DNA of 38,286 nt from Circinaria calcarea (taxonomy: Eukaryota). The DNA lies in NCBI GenBank assembly GCA_051942165.1, contig JAVECS010000031.1, positions 1 to 38,286 on the forward strand, read 5' to 3'. Below are positions 10,324-21,653 of the stretch, piece after piece (position 1 is the stretch's first letter; each line of letters starts with the position of its first letter). Below the pieces are notes generated by a model. It was not told the DNA's origin. It saw only the letters and a program-made list of their open reading frames with translations, and searched no databases. The position numbers and the translations under genes were made by a program.

Positions 10324-13320
10324 ATGGAGCTTTCACGCCAGGAATACCCAGCCTTGTTGGTCAGTGTCTCTGCGATGCGCTGGAACATGGAGTTTTATGG
10401 AGCATTGACATCCTACACAGGGCTCTCTGCAACCCAATGAGGCTGTCTCGGTATTGAATGAGAGAGTCAAGCTTATTGGGAAAATTAACTTGGACATTGC
10501 CGATTGGCTTCTAGTATGTTCCGCGTTTGCTGCACAGAGGAAGCTCGTTATTGACCTGCCCACTAGGAGCGACGCCGGGTTGAAGAAGCTTATGCGCAGG
10601 GTCTGAGGAAACTTGCTGGCAGACGCCAGCATGATGGAGCCGCCGGTCTTGGGTATCTAAGTGTCCTGGCGCATGAATGTACTGGCAAGGACTCACGGTA
10701 TCAGGATCTTTCAAACACCATGGCAGAGTATTGTTAGCTCGACCGAGTCGCTCGCAGAATCTCATACCGTTCTCGCGCAGAGGATCGAAGCCGACGTGGA
10801 AAGACCACTTCGGGATTACCAGAGTAAGAACCGAGAGATGCAGGCCATGAGTACGATACAGGGCGGCCTTCAAGCATTGGCCAAGGAGTCTGAAGAAGCG
10901 CAGAAAAGAGCAGACAAGCTACAAGCGAAAGGGGGGAAAGCATCGGCGAATAAAGTCTCGAATGCCACCTCAGACGTCGAGAACGCCAATCAGCAATGGG
11001 AGACACAAGCCCCTTTCGTTTTCGAGCAGCTACAGGCATTGGATGAAAACCGAATTAACCATCTACGAGATGTCCTCACCCAGTTCCAAACCCATGAGGT
11101 GGATCAGGTGGAACGAAACCGTATTACCGCGGAAAGATGTCTCAACATACTATTGAACGTAAACACAGGCGATGAGATTTCTACTTTTGTAGCGAAAGTA
11201 TCAGGTGGCAGGCCTACTGTTCCGCAACGGCAACAGAGCAGAAGCGCAGTCGCAAGTGGCCTTGTTCCTCCGCACCTGTCACGAACTCCTTCAAGGACCC
11301 CTTCACGCTCTGTGGATGAGGGAAGACACGATGTACAGGCAACTCCTGGGACCCCGCAAAACTCAACTTCCGGTACGGTAAACTATTGAATTATTCTTAC
11401 TTTGTGCTAACTATAGACATAGTACAAGAACAGCGCAAGGGCGGCTTTGGACTTAAACGATTAGGCACAGTGATGGGTCGACGAAAACAGGACCCCAATC
11501 CCCCACCGCAACTACCATCAACAGACAAGCGATCTAAACCAAGTAGAAATCCATTAAGGAGAGGGCCCAGCTCCAGATATATGCAGCAGATACCGTCCCC
11601 AAATGCATCAACGACAGAACTACCTTTATCTACACCGCGAGAAGAGGCTCCAGTACAGTCCACCATCCGCCAGCCTTCACTGGCGAACACTCCTTCACTA
11701 GAGCCGCAAAACGAGCGCGGAGAACTCAATGGAGGTGTTGGCCACCCAGCGTCCGATGCATTTCACATACCTAATATGACCAATGGGACCCCAGTAAATC
11801 GAGATGCAAGCCGACCAGAGGTGCTACAATCGAGGCCTTCATCAGCGAAGCCCGAAGAGGCAAGAATACCTCTTGATCGTGTACAGAACATGTACTTACT
11901 TGATCTTACCCAGATTGATACTATCGCGGTTACGATCCAGCGTGATTCCGATGGTTTCAGCGTTCCGCCATCAGCAGTCAATGACGTATCGCGAGCGGAG
12001 CAAGAAGCAGCTGGGTTAGTAGGCCCCTTGTATACACGATAACCAAAACCCTTCTAACTCGACTTATCCGAACAGCGAGAATGATGCGCCGCAGTTTAAG
12101 CTGGATATCCGGAATGACCCTATACAAGAAGAAGATGGTGATGCACAAACGGCATTGTCTAAAGTTGCCAATACGCTACGGGCCGTAAGTCCATATAGGA
12201 CGAAGATCCGTAGCCGTTTATTAACTGCCTATAGCAAGCTCCGCAGATACCACCTCAACGCAAAGTTGGCACCAACAGAGGCCGCCGGGACGTTCGAAAC
12301 ACCATATTCGTTCCGACACCACAGGCCTCTGACAATCCGACCATCGCCGATTCCTCGCTCTCCCCTACGTCGCCGTTCAACGTCCCTCGCGGAAACAGCT
12401 TAACCACAGAGGACATTCGCGGATCGGATGCTCAATCAATCAGGTCATCGCATTCCCTGAGCAGCATTACGAACCCTACCGTCAAGCATCCCGATATGCA
12501 TCAATCTGGCCTCAACGGGTCAATCGTAGAAACTGTCAGCGCTTGGTTTTCCAACGGGCAAGTAACAAAGGCCGTGGTTATCGGTGAGCTTGCATTGGCG
12601 AACAATGGACCGGACACCCAAGCTCGGTCGGGCACCGAAAGCATCCGCTTAGAGAATTTCCCGGTCCTGGAAAAAGTTGCGCCGAATCCTACATTCATCA
12701 CCCAGATTCCGTCCAAGTCGGGCGAATACGTGGTTGATCTCTCTTACCTTGCTCGTACCTCCGTCGCGTTCAAGTATCAAGTCCATCTCGAAGAAGCGAG
12801 TTTGGCAGCCCACGCCCCGATCATGCTTACACCGAATTGGAGGGTAGAACCGACGCAGACCTCGGTGATACTTGGCTATTTCTTCAACCCTGCTTTCTCC
12901 TCTGCGGCGAAACGAAGTGTTTCCTTGCAAAACGTCATAATAGCTATCAACATCGAGAATGCCAAGGCTCTGTCTTGCCTGTCTAAGCCTGTGGGAACAT
13001 TTTCCAAGGAGAAATCCCTGATATACTGGAAGCTGGGGGACCTGACCCTCGACGCATACGAGGAAGGCCCGCAAAAGCTGCTGGCACGTTTCGCCACGGA
13101 CTCGGAGGCCAAGCCTGGCAACGTCGAAGCTCGTTGGGAGATTAGCGGGGAGCATGCGAACGGACTAGGCAGCGGACTGAGTATCAGCCAGATGAGTAAG
13201 GCAAGGGAGGACGGAGCCGATCCATTCGCTGACGAAGGCAATGCGACGCCCTCAAGCGGGGCATACAAGGAAGTCCCGATTGTGCGGAAGCTTGTGAGCG
13301 GGAAGTATGTGGCGAGCTGA
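10324..13320 (+). CDS. SYP1: Muniscin Syp1/FCHo endocytic adaptor (N-terminal F-BAR, C-terminal mu-homology domain); introns 10360-10420, 10514-10566, 10653-10704, 11373-11422 (or 11416), possibly 11860-11913, 12015-12075, 12185-12234
   Basis: MELSRQEYPALL start; IADWL-ERRRVEEAYAQGLRKL and QALDENRINHLRDVLTQFQTHE (F-BAR); GRRDVRNTIF; GLNGSIVETVSAWF...GELAL...LENFPVLEKVAPN...RKLVSGKY (muHD). Confidence 0.9.
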
Positions 13321-14338
13321 GCGTTGGGTGTGTTGTATGTATGTAAGTAGCGTCTTTGTATAGCAGCAGCATCGGTGTATCTCTGGAAAGGCGATTAGTG
13401 AGCGTGCGGTGGAATGCTTGCCCGAGGGCATGCATGTATTTTCCATTGATGTCCTCTTTCTATCCGATCCATACATTGTACTTTCTCCTCCTGTTGACAG
13501 TCAAGAGGAGAGGCCTTGGTCCGTAACCGAAGTACGAAAGTTGCGACCTTTCTGGATCGCTCTCTCGGACTGGGCGGGCATGGGTATCGATACGTAGACG
13601 CTATCTCGGAAGAGGGACCGTTCCGCTAGTCGTCGCCGGCAAGAACCTTCAATAGCGACCCGACACGATTGAGGTAGGTAATCCTCCCGACTCCTAACTT
13701 ATCTGATGTCGCGTTCTTCGTCCAAAGGCATGGGGAGCTGATGGACCGATGCTGGGGATCTGCTTACCTCTGATCGATCAACTTCCTACAGACCGGGTAC
13801 ACAGTATGGAGCTAATCAACGATGAAATCAAACGTGAAACTCGACGCGTTGATTGAAAGGAGTGGCGGCGTCTGATTGGACCACCTGAGGCTTGGTTCCT
13901 GCGCTAGTCGGGGGGCAGCTTCTAAGCGGGCTGGTCTACTTCAGGTCTACTATGGTACTTCCCTACTTCGGACCCCTGACTGAAATTGCTATTAACCGCA
14001 CGGTCCCGGCCTCAAACTCCCTCGTTCTCCTCCTCATCCTCTCCTGACCTGTTGTCGTTCCTTCAACTCGTTTCTTCGCGTGACAGATTTGGGATCTCGA
14101 CAGCGTCATCGCTGTTGCTGACCTTCTTTTGCAAAAGCTCGTCGTCGTCACTCGTTCCGGCCTCGCAGCGTACATTCCTTTCGCCCAAAACACATCCACC
14201 GTAACCGCGACAGCGTCGGCCGGTTCAACCTAATCCAGACTCTTTCACCAGATTGATTCGTAACGCCATTAACCTCTGTCGATACGGAATCCATTGTTCG
14301 TAGAGATATTTAGTTGGGCTGGGCCAACGAGAACTGGG

Positions 14339-16311
14339 ATGCCCCACCACCACCGTCACCATCAGCGCCAGCGTCAGCGTGATGGGCAGCACTATCGGGT
14401 CAACGGCGGTGATACTGGGCGAGTAGAAGCTCGCCAGAGGCAGCCAGAGATTGCTACTGTCATTTCCGTGGTTTACAAGACGGCGTCGCAAACTTTCGCC
14501 GGACCCGTGGCCGGATACACGACCTTCATCCCTCCTGCCATCCAATCCACCGTCCAACTTAACCCAGAAGATACGCCGGCATCCACTCAGCTGCCACAAG
14601 CGACAGAGACACCTACGCAGCAATCGCCGACTTCAGTGGTGGCAAGCTCGATTCTTTCTGCCCTTCAACCACAGAGCAGCTACTCAGCTGTCGCTGTCTC
14701 CTCTGCGACCACTTTGTCGGCCATCGCATCCCCCCCCAGTGCTATCTCAAGAACCGATACCGACCTTTCTTCCAGCTCTAAGGCGACGTCGCTTCTGCAT
14801 TCCGAAAAAGTTACTATGGACTCTACTTTGGCCACTGCTATGCCAACCCAAACCATTCAATTTACTACAAACCCCGCGGTCGCGGCGTCTGCTAGTCAAG
14901 CATCGAACTCAAATCCGGCATCTGTGACAAAACCTCCACCGCAAGGTTTGACAAATGGCGCAAAGGCCGGCATCGCAATTGGGATAATCCTGGCCCTCGC
15001 GGCGTTGATTGCACTGCTTGCCTTTTGCTACCGTCGTCGTAGTCACAGCAAGAGAGAGACCAATGAGAACGTGGAAAATGAGAAGAACCCATTCGGCGAC
15101 AATGCTGCCACTTGCACGCCCCCGCGTACTTCAACACTACCTCAATTGAACCTTAAACATATGACGCATTTTGACCCCCAACTCGCTGGTCCAACCAAGA
15201 ACAGTAATGGCTCAGCAATGCCTACACCAACTACCGCCACGGCACTACCGCACGACTTGGAGAAGGATCAGGATCGAACAGGTCAACCAGCCAACCCGTT
15301 TGACGAGCATGCAGATTCATCTGATTCTGCTTCTCGGGCTTATGTACTCAAACGCGATTCTTCTATGCTGGCCCAGCAAGCCATGCCCGCTCCGCTACGG
15401 ATCAGAACTCCGACACCAGAGAGCGCTGCTGCGGTAAGCCCTGTTGCCAGCGCTGCATCTGCCACCATTGCCCAACGGCACAATGCGCCTAAGCCACTCG
15501 ATATCAAACGCGCGGTATCGCCAGCACCACGAGGTCCTATTGAGGGTGCCGCACCAAGCCCTGCCCTGACCGAGTTTAGTATGACATCCATTCCTCCTGG
15601 ATCCATGAACAACGGAGGAGGCACCCTCCTTCCAAACGTTCACCGGATTCAGCTTGACTTCAAGCCATCCATGGAAGACGAATTGGAACTTCGTGCCGGC
15701 CAGTTGGTCCGATTGTTGCATGAGTATGACGATGGCTGGGTAAGTTCGCCTCCCGATTTGTTTATCTGATAGTGAAGTAGTGATTGACGACGTTCCAACA
15801 GGCCCTTTGCATTCGCCTAGATCGATCGCAGCAAGGGGTGGCTCCTCGAACGTGTCTCTCGACTAGACCTGTCAAGCCTCGGTCGAATGGACCACCTCGT
15901 GGTGCTCCGGCACCATGCATGCTTCGCTCCCAAGAGCAACACTCCATATCGCCTGTTGGTGGACTCGGTTCACCAAAACCCTCAAGCCAGGCTGCCTGTT
16001 CAACGATATTAGGTCCTAATCAAAGACAGAGGTCGAAATCTCCCGGGCCATACGGTGGCGGTCCCCCAAATCGGAACGAATTCCAGCCAGGCATTCAGCG
16101 GCGAAGGAACTCAGTGGGTGATGTTCCTGGAAAGAAGAACAGCTTTGTGGAGCCAAGCCGGATGAATTCAAACCCCGGACTTGTTGCTCAAGCCATGCAA
16201 GGTGCTCAGCGCGTACCGGTGAAGCTTCAAGCTGTCACTCCTCCCGCCCTCACCCCACCACAAACTCCCCATAGCATGCAAAGGAAGCCAGTGCCTGGCC
16301 AAGTCGCCTGA
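14339..16311 (+). CDS. Single-pass membrane protein with Ser/Thr-rich region and cytoplasmic SH3 domain (Fus1-like architecture); exons 14339-15739, 15802-16311
   Basis: First in-frame ATG gives MPHHHRHHQRQRQR; S/T-rich stretch; TM AGIAIGIILALAALIALLAFCY followed by RRR; SH3 VHRIQLDFKPSMEDELELRAGQLVRLLHEYDDGW|ALCIRLDRSQQGVAPRTCL joined across intron 15740-15801. Confidence 0.85.
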
Positions 16312-17439
16312 GCAATGATCTCGCATGCCTTATATGGATGAACGGTACTGTCGATGAATTCGTTGAGTGTCTCCAGCGGTTTTACGTGATGCGGTGAGGT
16401 AGCAAACGGACAACGGAGTGGCTTCGGTATCCTACTATCTAGGATATACCGTAGGTGTGTCCCTTTGCAGCTCTGTTTTGCAGTACCCCTTAGCGATTTG
16501 CACTTACTTTACTTGCTATCAGCCTAGATAGTTTGTCCTATCTACTTCGTCTCTGTAGTCAGATGATATCTGCACTTGCGGACTTGTACTCGTAGCAGAA
16601 TTGATTACAGAAAATGAAAGCACTGGTGCTTCTCTGATCTTATGCACTGTGCTTTGATGAGCGCAGGACGTAGCGGATATGGATTGGAATATGATGACAT
16701 GCATGTGGGAGAAACACAGTCGTGTACTCTTCCCCACGTTACTTGCAAGCCCCTATTTTCCCTTTCGAGTCCGAAAATTTTGGTGGCATTACCAATTACC
16801 TTGAGCGACGCATCCTCGTGCTTTCCCCTTTTATGGTAGAACAGTCGTGGACTATCGAAATAGGGAGTCAATGGCCTGGTAGATCGGATCGACTGCACCA
16901 GTTCAAGCGGTGCCCGATCTGGAGGACGCAAATTACGAAGACAGGAGCCCAAGCTCAGTGAATCCACGCTGTGAGACGTCTCCCGACTAATCCCATCTTA
17001 TCGGGGTATAATTTGTAATTTCCGTTATATGAAAGACCGTCCATCATTGGGTTACTTTACCGAATTACATCTCAAAGTATGGCCAATATGGCTGTGTCAC
17101 CGTAGGGATTCTAGTCTTTCTGCTCGAAGTATCTGTGTCTGTCAGGATGTGTGGGCCCTACCTGCCTTGAAGCGGACGCTGGCGGCTTATATCAGTATAA
17201 AGAAAGGGATGTGTGCCATAATCTCTAATGTACGATTCCAAGCTCATCATGATCAGGCCTGACGCATAGAAGCATTGACAAGAAGAAGCCTACTCCGGAG
17301 GACACGGAAGAATGTACAATCACAGTGGCCCATGCGGATATCATGCGTTGCAATGATAGTGCTGATCGAGGTTGGCTCACAACTTTTTCATCTATCGTAA
17401 GGCGAATAAATATCTACCCAAAGCGAATACTCTGAGATG

Positions 17440-18850
17440 ATACTAAATTCTTCCCGAACTCACTATTCCCCATCTGTTTCGAACCTGAATCGTTCGCAGG
17501 TCAGTTTACCCCTTTTCCCGTCGTGGAATCGTGCGAGTTCAGGGACATCTTCACTTCGTGTTACACTTCCTTCGAGTCCAGCCTCAGCTTCTTCAACAGC
17601 AATGATTTTCGTAGCGAATTTGGCGACCGTTGTATCCCACGTACCTTCACGGTGCGGCGAGCAGAGAAGCAGTGTGACAGCTTGTCTCCGGATTTCTGGA
17701 TGACAACATTTGATTGCTGCAAGATAGAGTGGGAATGATGCCCATCTCGAGGATAAAGGTAGGTACGGATGAGGACGATGATTCCCCACAACTGGTCTTA
17801 TCCTCCAAGTACCTGCTTGCGAGTGAGACTACCGTCTCAAACTCGGTGGTGAATTCATCATAGACCTTTTCTCTATTAGATAGGTAGCTCGCGAGCAGGA
17901 TTAATAGACCTATATAGTGTATTCCAAGTAGCATTACTGTCCTTGATTGCTTTGGACAAGAAGTTAGCTCGATTTTTTCCAAAAGTTGTGGAAGGCCATT
18001 CCCCAACTTTCCAATCGAATAAAACTCTTGCTGTTGTGTAATGACGCTATCCTCGATACTGGATGGATAGGCCTCCATCTGCTGACATCGATCCTCCAGA
18101 TCGAATATCTCATTGTTCACCATCTGCCCTCTAAAGCGGAAAGCAGCTTTGGTCAAAGTATCCAGGTGCTGCTGAGCTTCAACAAGGTTACAGAAGGTCT
18201 CTGGCGCTCCAAAGATCATGCTTCACCTTATTCCGGTGGGGTACTAAAAATAAACGCGGTTATAGCTCACAAACATTGCAGATTGAATGTCGAGACGTGC
18301 GAAAGACTCAACGAGATATTCTTCCGTAGAGAATGGGTGGGCTTTGGACCGTAAACGGTTATCCCTAGCAAGCTGAAAGTAGTGCTGAGACGGTGATTGG
18401 CATAGAATCTTCACCCATATTGAAGGTGAGCCATGGCAGCCTTGTTCTGGCCCTAGAGAAGCTCTAGACAGATATATAAAATACAGCTTATCAGGACAAT
18501 CTCCATGAGACCTGAATCCTTGGAATCACATAAACGCGATTCTAACTGGCCGATAGCTTTGTTATACTGTTGGAGACCGACAATCTGATGTGAATCCACC
18601 GGAAAGAGCCACAGGCTGCAGTTCGATTCATAACTCCGATGTATTGAGCCTACAGCGATGACAACATGCAGAATAGGGGGTTCCCGGCAGCTGATCTGAA
18701 GGACAGGCGGTTCCAAAAAGCCGAATTGAAGCAGCCCAAAATCTCTCGGGCTGCCCTAATGCGAAAGAAATCATAGCCTTCAGATTCGATGCTCATCAGG
18801 CGCCGGGATAAGAGAGAGGGGTTGGATGGAATAGTGAGACTGTTCAAGTC
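17440..18850 (-). pseudogene. Decayed fungal Zn2Cys6-family transcription factor (C-terminal regulatory region; zinc cluster not found)
   Basis: Family-like blocks scattered over frames: YDFFR...FNSAFWNRL/VLQISCREPPILHVVIAVGSIHR, LQQYNKAI, ILISCILYICLELL*GQNKAAMAHLQYG, FARLDIQSAMF, EMGII/FPLYLAAIKCCHPEIRRQAVTLL...HREGTWD. Frameshifts near 18704, 18412 and 17735; in-frame TAG at 18453-18455. Confidence 0.8.
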
Positions 18851-19391
18851 TGGTACAAGGATGGAGAAGTACTCCTGCCGGTTTTCACGTTTGTTGCCTG
18901 AGGCTCGAGCTCATCAGATTTATAATGGCGGGTGGAAAGATGACTCGAAGAGTTGTGATAGATGATGGCTGGAGCAGTCAAACGAGCACTGCTGTGCCTC
19001 AGGTTTTCGACGAGCTTCCATCCACTTTAGCGTAGGTTCCCGCCACTTGCAGATACGGATACTCAAGTTCATAATACCGTCAAAGCCAGAGTTCACTGTG
19101 AGGGAGCCCTCGCTACGTGCGCAGCCTCTCTGCAGGCGTGGATGAGTTGATTAAGATATACTTCGTACCTAAGCCTGATGGATGTCAATGAAAAGCAGAT
19201 TCGAGGTCGGACCGAATCGGTCCGAGTGTCCCCGACTCTGGAGCTCGGAATTGTTTTCATCACGCCCTTTGTATTCGGTCTCCAACTGATCGAAGGTCAT
19301 GGACTCACCAATGCGCCAGGCACGCAGGCGCAGTGATGATTTATTACACGAAGGTCATCAGAATCTCACCGATGCAGCGCCCGGAGTAGCA

Positions 19392-21653
19392 ATGGCCAAT
19401 TCTAGGGTGCGTCTAATGCAATTTCCATTCTCGTCCACACGGACTCACAGCGAACGAGCTATAGACTGCTGGGAACCGACTGGCCCACACGCAGCCCACA
19501 TATGACTTTCTCAGCGGCGCATTCATCTCACCGCCTCAGGTTCTGCAACAAGCCTTTCGTGGCTCGCAGGCTGTCAAGCCGGGTAAATCCGACAAAGCTA
19601 TAAAGAAAGTCAACATGTACTAAAGGATTCTAGATATAGGGAACGAAGACTTACGCGCGCGGGCGAAGACTTCCCAATATGAAGTGGAGTCTCTGAAGCA
19701 AGAGCGCGAATACACCAAGCTGCAGCACGAGAGGGAACTTCGCGATGCACAAGCTAAAGCCGAAGCGGATTTTAAAAGAGCGCAGGTAAAGCCGTGGTAG
19801 GTCAATGGGTTGCTCGTTGCTGATGCGATATTCCAAAGGCGTTAGAAGCTAGCAAAAACATCATGAGTCGCAAGTACGACGCGCTGGTTAAGGAATTCCA
19901 AGAGCTTCAGCAGCAGACTGCAACACAGCAAAATGAGCTGGACAAGAGGCTTCGCGCGTCTCAGGAACAAACCAGGTCTTTCCAAGAAGATTTTGATGAA
20001 GTTCAGGCACAGCTGTCTTCACTTGACCGTCAACATAAACATCAGTTACAAGAAGTCGAGTCGAAGAATCTCATCCTACAGAATACGCTTGACGGTCTAC
20101 GGGACGATATGGAGCAAAGGTCCGTTGCGTTGCAAGAGTCGCAGAGGAAGCTATTACAGCAGCAGGTTGAGATTGGGCGTTTCGAGAGCGAGGTACTGCA
20201 TCTTAAGGCTCAGGTCGGGGACGCAGATAATCTGGCGACTGTCAAGAAAGAAATGTCGGAACAAGTTTTGCACATTAGAAAGCTCGAGAAAACAAACAGG
20301 GAGCAAGCAGCAGAGTTAAGGCACTTTCGGCAGATACACAAGGCCGTCGAAATAGTAGAAGAGGAGAAGAGAGCTCTGGAGAATAAGATCAGAACAATGG
20401 ACGATCTACGCCGAGAACTTGGTGAAGCTCAATTCCAGAGACAGAGGCTGGAAGAAGAGCGGAATTCATGGACGTCGTATTTGCAGGACCAAGAGGTTGA
20501 ATTCGACAGCCCAGAAGCCCTTGCCCGGGCCTTGGTGCACGAACGATCGGAAAAGGCAGTCCTTCTCGAGCGCTTAGGGTCAGTTCAGCCGGAAGTCTCC
20601 GAGAAGGAACTGATCATAAGGACCCTGGATGCAGATAAAGCTAGGCTACGAGCTGAATTGGAAAAGCTAAAAACTGAAGGTGGCGGTGGTCGTGCCAAGA
20701 GTCGACTCGAGAGACAAAAGGCACTTGCAGTCAAAGAGGTGGAATACCTACGAGAACAGCTACGAACATTCGATAATGAGGATATCACTGGTGAGGTAGG
20801 CACTAGTTTCACGGAGCGAGCCAACAAGCGCATGCAAGACCTCGAGTCCCTGGTCGATCAATACCGAGGTGAACTCCAGACATTGAACGACGAGCTATCT
20901 AAGCGCGAAGAGAAGTTACCGACGCTCAAGCGCTTGGCCGAGGACGAGCCGGATGAGCGGGTGGGCTTACTATCACGCAAAAACCGCAAACTCCAAGCCG
21001 AATTTTCTAATCTTCAACAATCTACAAATCTCCTCCACGCCGAGCTGACTGCTACAAAATCTCAGCTCTCCTCTCTTCAGGCCAACGCTCGTACACGTGT
21101 TCTCGAGCTAAGGTCAAATCCCACCGCCGAATTTGAAGCCTTGAAGTACAGTATGATCAGTACTCTTCGTGTCGAAAATCAGGCTCTCCTGGCCCAGTTA
21201 AGGGGTGAACCTCACAATGCAAAAGTAGTGCCTATCAGCACTCTCGAATCGGCCCATCAACAGATCAAGGAATTGGAGAAGACGGTTGCTGAAAAAGAAA
21301 AACGTATGCTTCGCTTAAAACAGATATGGTCCCTCAAGAGCCTCGAGTTTCGCGAGGCCATTGTTTCGATCCTAGGCTGGAAGGTCGATATCCTACCGAA
21401 TGGACGGTTTCGAATGACCTCTATCTTTAACCTCGCTACAACCGACGACCCAGATGAAGAAGATAGCTCGAGTCTCATATTCGACGGCGAAAACGGCACC
21501 ATGAAATGCTCCGCGGGTCCCAAAAGCTCTTTCGCGATGGAGATTCTCCCCCTCGTCCGATATTGGATAGAGGAGCGGAAGGAGGTTCCTGCCTTCCTAT
21601 CCGCTCTGACTCTTGATCTGTTCGACAAGTCTACAAGGGCAGCGAGGATGTAA
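19392..21653 (+). CDS. MAD1: Spindle assembly checkpoint protein Mad1; exons 19392-19406, 19465-19582, 19634-19785, 19839-21653
   Basis: Long coiled coil; RVLELRSNP (Mad2-interaction motif region); EKRMLRLKQIW (RLK motif); EFREAIVSILGWKV; VPAFLSALTLDLF C-terminus. Three GT..AG introns connect in frame via QPTYDFLSG; the first micro-exon is less certain. Confidence 0.92.

Noticed and set aside
13822..13850. Ste12 pheromone-response elements and MCB site upstream of the Fus1-like gene
   Set aside because: Only imperfect matches (TGAAATC, TGAAACT versus TGAAACA) and a single ACGCGT; expected by chance.
14294..14338. ORF-track starts at non-ATG codons (e.g. 14294, 29490, 4879, 9476, 10661)
   Set aside because: Artefacts of prokaryote-style start calling or of introns; ATG-initiated spliced models fit better.
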